Assembly: GCA_020184695.1 (NCBI GenBank)
Contig: JAANOX010000233.1
Coordinates: 1 to 64,000 of the forward strand
From: Histomonas meleagridis 2922-C6/04-290x
Taxonomy: Eukaryota; Protista; Parabasalia
Length of the DNA stretch: 64,000 nt
Direction of reading: 5' to 3'
The notes under the pieces were generated by a model, which was given only the letters and a program-made list of their open reading frames with translations, ran no database searches and was not told the origin of the DNA. Position numbers and translations under genes: made by a program. This document shows positions 11,329 to 22,600 of the stretch, piece after piece. Position 1 is the stretch's first letter; the number at the start of each line of letters is the position of its first letter.

Positions 11329-12437
11329 ATGTCAGAAACAATACTTGCCACTGACTTACCTGAAAGAAATTACGCTACTAAAAGGAATCCTGATAATTTA
11401 CCACCACGTTATCATATGCCTGTTAAACAAGAACGTAAACCTTTAATAACACCTGATGGTGAAATGTATCATTTTGAGGATAATCCTAAAAATTATAAAT
11501 ATGTTGGTGGAAATCGAGTATTATTAAATCCAAATATGGAAACTTTAGCTCATCTTATTCTTGATTTAAAAAAAGATGTTAAAAAAGTTAGAGAAGCACA
11601 AACTCTGAAAGGTGCTGAAGAATTAGTTGCAAAACATAATAAGGGTAAAAAAAAAAATATCATTGGGCAGCTATAGAACAAGATATTAATAACGATGGAA
11701 TTCCAGATATTATAGTTAGAGATCAACATAGGAGAGCTAAAATCGTTAATGGTTGGACAGTTAAAACACAAGATCCTTATGAAAGAGAATATATCAGTCA
11801 TTTACAAAATACATATGGCTCACCTGCTAAAAGGAGAGAAAGGAGAGCTAACAATGAATATGTTCCAACTTTTCAAGATTTCTTACAAAATAAAGTTAGA
11901 AAGGTTGAATTTAATAATAAGAAACCATTTGATGATCCAACAGTTACTCCATATGAGGATTATATACCATTTATACAAAAGGTTAATGAGTTAAATAAGA
12001 AATATTATGGTGATACAGGTGTTATGAATATTTATAAAACACATTAACCAAGAAGGAGAACAGCAAATCAAGTATTTACTAGTTTGGTTATTAAGCCACT
12101 TTATCATGAACTTATGACAAATATGGAACAAATTAGAGGTGTAGCAAATACTAAAAGAGCAAAGTCATTGTGTCCTATACTTACAGTGTCAGCCGTAATG
12201 TATAGAAATTTTGTTATTCCTAGAGTTAATGAATTATTAAAACCTTATAAATTAAATGATAAATTTGATGAAGCTAAAAAGTTTATTATGGAAGAAACTG
12301 GTGAAAATTATTATACTAGTGCTTGTAAAAAAGCTGTTACTGAAATGATAGAAGATAAGAATGGTGAACAAAATGAAATCAAAGATGCTATCAGTGCTTA
12401 TATACAAAAAGTTATCGGATACGGAGTGAATAATTAA
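11329..12437 (+). pseudogene. Hypothetical viral protein (~369 codons) with a DxNxDG motif
   Basis: ORF 11329-11676 shifts frame in the A11 run into YHWAAIEQDINNDGIPDII..., which runs through one TAA (12045) into ORF 12084-12437; TCATTTTTTTTT precedes the ATG. Confidence 0.65.
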
Positions 12438-12464
12438 ATAAAAAATTAAAATCATTATTTTTTT

Positions 12465-12989
12465 ATGATTAAAATAAGTGATTTCTCACCTCATGTAGGG
12501 AAGAATAATATCGAACATAATAGTTCTAGTGCTAATTGTAAAGTTATTATTATTAATAATAACAATAGTGAAACACCAGCACATTATCCTGAAGTTAATG
12601 AAGAAACACCAAAAATAATTACAAGAGAAACTGAACTTAATACTGATAATGCTAGTGCTTTATATAAACATATAGCTTTAACATTTAGTGCGATATTAAA
12701 AACAAATAATATGAAATTAATAGCAAATTTAATTGATAATAGTGGTAAAATTATTATTGATGCTAATGATTTAATACAAGCTATAAGTTTAATTTTAGAA
12801 ATTGATTTTAATCAAGTTAAATTAAGTTATGAAGATCCTGAACCTGGATGTTTAAAACATGTGAATCCAATTAAAAAAGTTAATTCAATTAAGATTAATG
12901 GGTATGATTTTAATTCTCAATATAATAAAGAATATAACACATTAATGGATGAATTTAATATATCATTAGAAAAAGTATTTATTTATTAA
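12465..12989 (+). CDS. Hypothetical viral protein, 174 aa
   Basis: Intact ORF with TCATTATTTTTTT before the ATG; overlaps the integrase 3' end tail-to-tail. Confidence 0.65.
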   Translation: MIKISDFSPHVGKNNIEHNSSSANCKVIIINNNNSETPAHYPEVNEETPKIITRETELNTDNASALYKHIALTFSAILKTNNMKLIANLIDNSGKIIIDANDLIQAISLILEIDFNQVKLSYEDPEPGCLKHVNPIKKVNSIKINGYDFNSQYNKEYNTLMDEFNISLEKVFIY

Positions 12990-14594
12990 GATTAATAGGA
13001 TTAGGCACAGGATTTAATAAATATCTTGGTACTGACATTTTTATACCTTTTTCATTATAAATATTATATTTACCTTTTTCGAAATTATCTACTATTAAAA
13101 TATCTGATAATATTTTTGATCTCTTATTTAGTTGATCTGTGTTATAAACTGTTACTGTTGTACCAGGAGGTAAATAAAATCCTTCTTGATTTATAATTTT
13201 ATCATTTAATTTATGTAACTCTAAACCAAAAGATTTTCTTTGATTAAAAGCTTCTAATGGTGAAATTATTTTGTGATTTAATTGACTTAATGTTTTATGT
13301 TATGAATTATTATAATTACCAACAATTTTCTTCATATGATATAGGTCTATTTCTTTTAAACCCATATTATCAGCCATATCTCTAATAGTTCTACAAATTC
13401 TATTGATTATAGCTAAAGAAGTATGAATAGGATTAGATTTATCTTCTAAAATTATTCTTTTTACTGGAATTATTTTTACACCAGATAAATGTGCTGCTAT
13501 ATATTGTAAAGGTTTCGATAAAAATGATTTTTCAGAATCACAATGTATAATTTTAGGATTAAATCCTGCATTATATGAAATAAATAAAGCTTTAGCTATA
13601 GATTCTATTGATTTCTGTGTAGTTATTTTATCATTTATTTTTGTATTAGTATAGGCATAAAATAAAAATCTAGACCTAATTTCAACTGCTAATAAATAAC
13701 AATATATTGTTTCTGTTTTAGTGGTTTCATCATAACCAGAAAAAAATAAATTCATTTGATATTCACCATTATTACCAATATATTTTAATTGATATTTTTT
13801 ATTTCTTTTATAAGGAAAATAATTTATATTAGGTTTAAATTGTGGATCTAATTTTGAATAATCAATATGATATGGAAGTAAATAGTTATCAAATAAATAT
13901 TTGTTTTTCGAACGAGATTTGAAACCTGTGTTAATATAAGGTGAATTCTTAGAATCTTCATAAATATTATAATGCTTATATATATTGTCATAAGGAAATT
14001 TACTAAAATATTGTAACAAATAATTACTATAAACAGAATCGAATGTAAATACGTTCCCAATTTTATTATCAATTATTTCAATATCATATAGATATTTTTT
14101 TAATTCTTCACAATATTCATTAAATTTGAGAGGCTTTTTTTAGCTTCAAAAACTTTGCGTGCAAACATCTTATTCAATTTTTTGACAATCGTTCTAATAT
14201 AATATTCATAATGCTCTGGAATTGTTTTTCTTCCAATTTTTCCATTAATAGGTGTAATTTTTTCAGTTTTGATAAAAAGTTTAATAAAATTATATTCAAA
14301 TTGCTTATAATCGTCAAATTGTTTATTTTTAAATTGATCATCTGTTGTTTTTTATAAGCTCACATCTATATAATAATTAACTAAATTGTTGTATGTTTCA
14401 ACTAATGGCTTTGTACCAGTATTAAATTCAGGTGTAAAATTAAACTCCCTATTATATTTTTCATTCAGAAAATTAATAAAATTTTGAAGACTCAAATTAC
14501 CTTTTAATTGTGAATTTTCATTATTTAATTCATTTTTAACTAATGTTTCGAATGATTTTTGTATTTCTTTTTTTCTTATATAAATTGGATCCAT
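12979..14594 (-). pseudogene. Retroviral-type (rve/DDE) integrase of Maverick type with C-terminal SH3-like region, disrupted
   Basis: YLLAVEIRSRF, IIHCDSEKSF, HTSLAIINRICRTIRD, YNNS*HKTL..ISPLEA pattern; the frame continues past TAA 13300-13302 to a stop at 12979; upstream piece 14352-14594 joined via TAA and A-run frameshifts near 14095-14140. Confidence 0.8.
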
Positions 14595-14623
14595 ATAAAA
14601 AAATAAAATGAAATAATATATTT

Positions 14624-16678
14624 TTATTCTTTAAATACACTGAATAAATGTTCATCTATTTTACCTGTTACTTTACCCAATATTGAATATAATATTTTAG
14701 TAGTTATTACTAAATCATCTGATAATTTATTACCATCAAATAATACTACATCGCCAATTTCATAATCTGCGGTATTATTTACTCTAAAATAAAAATCTCC
14801 ATGTGTTGCAAAATCAATAGTATTATGTAAAATTTCTACTTCTCTTTTAATTAAAACACCTATTGATGCTTTGTAACCTTTTTCATTTTTAGATACACAT
14901 ATATTTAAATATTTATTATATGTACCTGATGTTTTAACTGATGGTATACAATCTGTTGTAGATGTATTTGAAGTATATATACCATTTTCTTTTAATGAAA
15001 AAACATTACCTGTACAAAATACTGGTGAACCAATTTGAAATTGTGATAAGTCTTCTGAAACAGGAGCATTATGAATAATAGTTGTATTTATTTGTTCAAG
15101 ACCTCCAGTTCCTTCGAATGTATTAAATGTAGTTGCAATATAATATATTGCACTATATGTATCAGAAAAGGTACCATTACCTTGTTTCTTTTGTGTTACA
15201 GATTCAAAATATAATCTTCCATATTTTTTATCTGCAGTAGGTGTACATCCATAAATTCTCCATAATAATTGATATGTATTACCTGATTCTTCAATTATAC
15301 TGTGAAATAAAGTTAATTTAGTAGATTCTAAACTATCAAATTGACCAGTTTTGGATTTTATATTTCCTATATTATCAATACCATTAGTTGTTACAGAGTA
15401 CATAATTTTAGAGCAATTTAAGTTAGTACAACCTAATGAATCAAAAGCTGCTGAGTAATAAAAACCATTGCAACCTTTTAGTGTTGGTATAAATTCCATA
15501 ACATTCCCTTTATAAAACACCATCGTTTTTAATAACTGCAATTGAAGGAACACTAATATTTAAATTTGAATCTGAAGGAGATGAATTTAAAGCAAAACCA
15601 TTAATTGTTGAACAATGGATATCTTCTGTATTTGAACCTATAGGAATATCTGTTAAATCATTATAACTATGTGTATGATTTGATGCAGCATATTTTGTAT
15701 CATGATTATAATCTTTTGAAAGCATACTCAGGATGTGTATGATCAATCAATGCATATCTAGTATCATGATAATGTTCTACAGGAACAAATGCATCAGGTA
15801 TGCCATATAAATCACCCCAACTATGCATGTGTGCTTCTACTGGAGGAATATCTGTTAAATCATTATAACTATGTGTATGGTCTGAAGGTGGAAATGTTTC
15901 AGGTTTATCATTTGAATCGTTATAGCTATGAGTATGTTCTGTTGAAGCATAGTTTGTATGTTCATGATCTTTTTTAGCATAAATCTCATCATGATTATGA
16001 TCATTTGAAGATATTTTAGTTATATCTACATTATTATTAATAGTTGCACATTTAATATTACCATTACTTCCAAAACTTAATAATGAACCAGTTTTTGATT
16101 TAAAATCTAATGAATTAGTATTAGCAGTTATTCTCCATGTATTATATTTATCATAATCTGCATTATTATGCATATCAATATATTGACCAACTTCTACAAC
16201 ACCATCTTCTTTTTAATGTAATAATAGATGGTACATATAATTTTGTATCCCATTTACCACCTTCTGAAGTTGCCAATTGAAAACCATTTAATGAATTAAC
16301 TTGTACATTCCCATTTACTGTTAAATCATTATTTATTGTATTATGAGTATGACTTTTGGTAGAATATTTTTCATCTGATTGTGATTTATTATAGTATAAT
16401 TGAGGTAATGTAATCGAAGTTATAGTATTACTTTTATATTCATATTTCTTATATTTAGTTCTATTTTCATTTGTATAAATACAAAAATAATCTTCATAAT
16501 GATCACGTTCAATGAAATCAGCGTGCATTGAAACATCAGATACTAAATAATCCTTAAATTTACACTTACATTGTTGTACTACTATATATCTAGGATTTTG
16601 AGAATCCACAAATTCAGGCGGAAAACGGTTTTCTTTTTGTGAAGTTCAAAAATACGTTTTAGTTACAGGTTTAAGCAT
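14624..16678 (-). pseudogene. Fibre/spike-like structural protein with phage-tail-type HxH repeats, frameshifted into four ORF pieces
   Basis: ATG 16678 (MLKPVTKTYF) then ORFs 16175-16609, 15706-16173, 15510-15746 and 14624-15553; about nine HxH motifs (SHTH, DHNH, DHEH, EHTH, PPSDHTH, AHMH, EHYH, DHTH, NHTH). Confidence 0.65.
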
Positions 16679-16679
16679 T

Positions 16680-17054
16680 TATAAAAATAAAGTTTGCCAT
16701 GCGACCAAACAATAACCGTCGCTTTTTGACTACTAACCTCCGACCAAATAATAACCGGGGACAAATTGTGCTGGTTATTCGAGGTTTTTGATAGGTTTAT
16801 GCGAAAAGTGGCATAAAAGTGCTATCGTCCCTATGAAAAAGTTTCGCGTTCTCTCAAAATTGAATGCTCATTCAAATTTTCTATCGAATTGTATGGCTCA
16901 CAAAAATCATTTTGATTTTTGTTGCGAGCGGAGCGAGCACACTCGGGGGATTGAAGGGGTCTGAGATTTCCGGAGGGGTCCGAAGGGCACCGCCGGGGGC
17001 GGGGCCCCTAGGGTTTTCGTGATCATTCCCGACCGCATTATATACCTACCAACT
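16680..17054. repeat. Probable right terminal inverted repeat of the viral element
   Basis: Non-coding; 17-bp direct repeats CGACCAAA(C/T)AATAACCG at 16702 and 16741; GC-rich block 16921-17035; ends CCTACCAACT. The partner TIR lies outside the window, so inversion cannot be confirmed. Confidence 0.65.
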
Positions 17055-17334
17055 AAGAACCTAATTTAACTAAATTCAATGTGAAATGATTTAACGTTCT
17101 CCGTTATTAAAACGAATATATATGACATGTGAGTTGAAATACACTACATATGATTGTTTTATTATCTTTTGATATTTTATTCATTTTTTATGAAAAGGGA
17201 TCACAAATTTTAAGTATAAAATCAAACATATAAGAGTATTTATGTGCAAACTTTTTAGAAAAGGAAATTACGTGCAAATCATTTTTAGAAATGAATTTTT
17301 AGATTTGAGAGCTTAATAATTCAACTATTTTTTT

Positions 17335-17685
17335 GTAACCATTTTGAGTTGCCCGCATAAGTGCTGTATTAAATAATTTAAATAATTTCCAAATATTATT
17401 TTGAAATCCTAAATTATTAAAACAAATCTTAAATAAAACAAATAAATATCTTTAGCATTGATATCAATTCCTTCTTGTTCAAGAAGTAATTTAAATATTT
17501 CAATATAACCATTTTGTGATGCAATCATAAGTGCTGTTTCAAATATAATGAATAATTTCCAAATATATTCTTAGAATAAGAAATTTATTTAATAAATTGT
17601 GTATAAAATAAAACAACATTTTTTGCGCTCAAGTCAATGTCTTTCTGATTAAGAAGTAACTTTAAAATTTCATATTCATTCTTGT
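17335..17685 (-). pseudogene. Ankyrin-repeat relic with the same 170-bp exon+spacer unit as 61.4-62.9 kb
   Basis: TAL-encoding AAGTGCTG at 17359 and 17529 (170 apart); translates as ETALMIASQNGYIEIFKLLLEQEGIDINAKD and NTALMRATQNG. Confidence 0.85.
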
Positions 17686-18061
17686 AAGATGATTAGCAAA
17701 TAAAAATATATCTATTAATATATATGTTTTTTATGATTTTTTTCCCTAAATTATATATGAATATTTTATTAGGATTATAAAATAAAACTAAATTACTTAA
17801 TTATCTTAAATAATTAAAAATGTTTTACATATATCATAATGAATAAAAAGTATTTTTATATAAGTTTTTTTAGTAAGAAATTTATTAGAAATCCAAATTA
17901 ATAAGAAATTGTGCTTAGATGATATTAGTGGTTGTGTCTTACACCTCGAGATAAATTTCGTGAAATTGATTTTGAAAAAAAATGGCGGCGGTTTTGTCGG
18001 GGTGCCCCTATCTGTTCCTTTAGGTTTTGCCAAAAGATCTTCTTCAGCTTTTAGGCAAATG

Positions 18062-18916
18062 CTAAGATTCTTCTTCCTGAAGCCATTGATGTGAAATTGC
18101 TTTTTCTGCGGTTATCCTTGTATTGGGATTTGGATCCATCATTTCAACAATCAAATTTTTTGCTTCTATAGATATGTTATCCCACAATTCATATTCCATA
18201 AGATGCCAAATATCATCTCTTGTTCTGCAGCTAAGAATCTGCTCTTTCATCTGTTCTTCATCATATGGATTAAAAGGAATTCTTTGAGATAAGATATAAT
18301 AAGTTGTAACACCAAGAGCCCACATATCAGAAGCAAAGCTATACTGGTTGCTGGTCATTACTTCTGGTGACCAAAAAAATGGGCAACCTAGAATCTGTGT
18401 AAATTTTATATGTGGGCTAACCCGAGCTGCAACAGAAAATCCTGTAAGCGAAACCTTAGGGATTGGACTATTAGAATCTGAAATAAGTATAGTTGAAGGT
18501 GAAATGTTTCGATGTATTATATTGTTTGAATGTAGATAGCGAATTGCTGATAAAAGCTGTAACACCAAATTACGGGCTACACGTTCTGATATTCCGTCAT
18601 ATTTGTATACATATTTTAAGAGATCTGTGTCATGTAATGGCATAACGATGCCAAAATAACGATTATCAATTGTTTCCACAGTATCAATTATCGGAACAAT
18701 ATATGGGTGATCGAACATTTTGAGAGCACTGACTTCATTTTCTGCAAGAAATAGATATTTGCTTTTTTGAATTAATTTTATAAAAACATTCTTATGATTT
18801 TCTATATCTTCCCCACGGACCCCTAATGAGTAGTCAGTTAAAGATATTCTTTCATGTATAATGTATTTTTCCTGTTTGAGTTGAAGATTATTTGCTCTGG
18901 TCGCATGTGAAGACAT
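18062..18916 (-). CDS. CAMK-like pseudokinase (284 aa from ATG 18916)
   Basis: Kinase fold motifs (VFIK, E-helix, HPYIV, WSPE, SDMWALG) but HRD->HRN, DFG->GFS and no Gly-rich loop. Confidence 0.85.
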   Translation of the reverse strand: MSSHATRANNLQLKQEKYIIHERISLTDYSLGVRGEDIENHKNVFIKLIQKSKYLFLAENEVSALKMFDHPYIVPIIDTVETIDNRYFGIVMPLHDTDLLKYVYKYDGISERVARNLVLQLLSAIRYLHSNNIIHRNISPSTILISDSNSPIPKVSLTGFSVAARVSPHIKFTQILGCPFFWSPEVMTSNQYSFASDMWALGVTTYYILSQRIPFNPYDEEQMKEQILSCRTRDDIWHLMEYELWDNISIEAKNLIVEMMDPNPNTRITAEKAISHQWLQEEES

Positions 18917-19625
18917 TACTGACAAAATATATAACAAAATACTATTCAAACATATGGGAAATAACGTATTTTTCAAAATATTTTTGGATGGCGGGCAAAA
19001 TTAGCGCCATAGTTTTCACTTGCCAAGTCATACTTTGTGTTAAACAACTTTTTAAATGCACTTTGGAAATTTTTATGTGTTGACATTTCATAAAAAACAG
19101 GAAATATCATTCTTTTTATCCAATAAACATTACATAATTGCGAAAATCTACATGTACATTTGTAATTGTGTTGCTTATATCAATTGAAAGTTTAAACATA
19201 ATTATGATTTTGAAAACAATATTAATCAAAACTCAAATTTATTGGATAACCACTAATTATGTGATGACTTAGATGATAGATATCAGATCATTATTAATAT
19301 ATATATCGTTCACTTTCCGCAATAACTTAATGCATATGACTTTATTTATACTCAATTCATCCTACACAAATCATAAGTTGATTTGTTACATCGTTACATC
19401 GTTTTCATCATAATAATGATAGCATTATATTGGAACCTTTATTTTTTTCATCCGTAAAAACTCCCCATTTATCAAAAAGTGGGAAATATATTGAAAAAGT
19501 TAAATTTTGATTCAAAAAAATCACTGAAACAACTACACATCTTTTTGTAAATTTACAGTTATACACAAATTAATATCAAAAAGTGGCCGGTGTAACTGAC
19601 CTATGACAAAAAAATCAACAAAACA

Positions 19626-22600
19626 ATGAATATGATCAATTTCAAGAATCTGATTAAACCAAAAATTAAAGATGAAATACATAAACTTTGGGTCAATTAT
19701 TTTTCGGCTAGTGAGTCAAAAAACTCGAAGTCCTTAAAAAATAGCCCATTATATGATGATATTCAACAATTCAACCTAATTTCAATGAAAGAATCACAAA
19801 TAACATCCAAAATCAAAAGTTCGTCAACGCAAAAAGATACAGAAAATGAGTTATGGAACATATTACCTGATATTCTTCAATTCGATACTACAATTTCCAA
19901 AAGTTATTTTACTTTTTCACGTAAATTATATGATATGAAAGACTCACAAGATTTTCAGAAAATTCTTAACGATATATCACCACAATTAATCAAATTATCC
20001 ATTGTCTTTTTTTATCAATTCATTAAAAATTTTGACGTTATTCTCACCAACAACTGTCCTTCCAATTTTCCTTCTTCCTATATTCTTGATTTTTCATATT
20101 CACATAAATTATTATTAATGACCAAAACCAAAACCTTTAATGATTATATCACACTCTTAAACAATTTCATTGGTTTTCTTGAAGCCAATCTTGAGTTTGT
20201 TCTTGTCAAAAGTGATAATTTTACAGCTGTTCAATTTTGTCGATTAATTTTCATTTCAATTCCTGAGCTATTTTCACAGCGCCCTATTGAAGAAGAACTT
20301 TTCCCGCTGATTACATATGTGTCATTATATGTATATCAATCCACCAGATTTTCTAAATTTGATCAAGATGTCAAATATCATTACGAATCCATTCTAAAAT
20401 ATATATTAGAGTCCGATGTAACTTTATACGTTGGTAAAGAATTATATACCCATATAATTGCCACTATTTCCAGCATCTTTCTTATGTATCTTAAGAATAC
20501 TTCATCAATCGATATACCATTTTTAACATTTTTGATATTAATTATTGATAAATTTGCTCCGATATCGATCATTGAAACCAAAATCCAATTTTTAAAGACA
20601 AGTTTAAAAATGGTTTCATGGTCAATCATTCAAATCACTAAAGTTATCTTTGATTCGTTATCATTATTTACTACAGAACCCGAAATAATACCACCAAAGA
20701 TATTCCAATTTTCGAAAAAGAATGAATTAAATCGTGAAAACATATTTATAAGTGAAACTTTATTTGATATAAATGAAATTAAAAACCCAAAACAAATAAA
20801 TCCAAATGATTTAAAAGTTTGTCAAATCCAAAGTATATTAACAGGGCCACAAGTTGTTAAACAATATTTTAGTCATTTCATTATGTTAATGTTAAAAGAT
20901 AAAGAATTATATCAAACGATATTAACTAAAGCTATTGAATATTTATCATCGAAAAATATTTCGGACAAATTTTTTGCGATTTTATTGTTTCGTACAGGAG
21001 ATCCAACATTTACATCACAATTCATTGCGCAAAATCAAATATGGAAAATAATATTAAGTGAAATAACATTTTATAAATTAAATATTTTAGATAATGAAAT
21101 CCATAAAATGATAAACTCATTAATTATAAGTTGTTATACTTCTGATCATTTAGATCAAAGTGAATTAATGAAAACGTTATCATTTTCTTTAATTAAATAT
21201 AATCAAGAAGCAGTGAATTTAGCATATAAATTATTATTAATTAATTCCGCTAAATTTGTTGATTCTTTAAGCTCAAGTAATATGGTTGATTTCTTATTTA
21301 ATTTAGACTTAAAAACAAAATGTTTAATGTTAACTGATAATACTGACTTAGAATTAATGGGATTAAGAACTACAATATTAATATTAATTAAAACTATTTC
21401 AACAATACAAAATGGTATTAAAAATTTGTTTTTGACCGAAACAAGAAGTGTTTATATGATATCTTTATTATATGAATTACCTTTACAAGATATTATAATG
21501 GAAATTATCTCTCAAGGTTTACATGACCTTAATTCTTCTGCTAAAATTATTAAAGCATTTAATTATATGAATTCGAACTTTTCTACTTCGAAAAGTTTAG
21601 TTAATGATCAAAGAAGTCAAAACTTAATTAAAACATTTTCCGAAAAAATCTTAGAATTAGTATATATTAAATTATCATTATCACAAAAAGTTGTCTTAAA
21701 ATATTCCATTTTATGTATTAAAGCTGAACCTTTATTTAAAATCGCTTTATTATCAGAGAATTTTGATTTTTCATTTTATATATTTAAGTTCTTGATCCAA
21801 ATATGTTTAAATTATAAGAATTTTGTTATTAAACTAAATAAACCTCAATTAAGGTTTCATAAGACTTGGCGCAAGATATTAAAACGAACAAAAATTAATG
21901 AAGAAATCATTAATCAATTAAATTTATTAACATTTTTAAATGATAAAACTATAATTCAAAATCCAATTGGTTTACATTTATTAGTATCATTAACTAAATC
22001 AACTCCATTTCATAATGATATATTAGATAACTTAATAAAATTATGTCAAAATAGTCAAATAAATCGAACAATTTGTTCATCAGCAAATTTAATTATTACA
22101 TTATTAAAATTCATGAAACGAAATGATAAGAAAACAGAAACATATTTAAAATTACTTACTTTAATAGGATCGACATCATTTAATCCTAATGAATTAAATA
22201 TCTTTTTACAAATGTTAGAGAACAAAAACACAAAACATTTAATAAAATTCATTGAAGTCTTTTCAACGATCTTAAATAATACAAAACAAAATGAACCACA
22301 TTCATATTTCCATTTCACTAATAATACACGATTTACTATTAATGACTTTGAAATTAATTCGATAATAACAATATCATTTATTATTCGTTTTGAAAAAGAA
22401 GCGTTAGAGAATACACATCAATTATTTTATATTGGTGGTGAAGACTTTAATTTAAGTAGTATTATTAAAGATACATATTATGAGATTACATTTAATAAAC
22501 AACAATTTAAAAATGAACAGAAATTCCAACCTTTCCAATGGTATACATTAGATTATCAATTAACTAAAGATAAAATTATTATATATTTAAATAAAACTTG

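Larger units (their letters stand above)
1..17054. mobile_element. Endogenous Maverick/Polinton-like DNA virus, right-hand part (left end outside window), partly decayed
   Basis: Co-occurrence of protein-primed PolB motifs, Walker-A packaging ATPase, rve-type integrase and a ~540-aa beta-rich capsid-sized ORF; tightly packed genes; GC-rich terminal segment ending ...CCAACT at 17054 (5'-AG...CT-3' Polinton-type terminus), after which host ankyrin relics begin. Confidence 0.9.

Noticed and set aside
1826-14354. Reassignment of TAA/TAG to an amino acid, given many in-frame stops
   Set aside because: Ribosomal protein and other host genes end in TAA, long host ORFs (2522 aa) and the capsid ORF have no internal stops, and the same genes also carry frameshifts; decay explains it.
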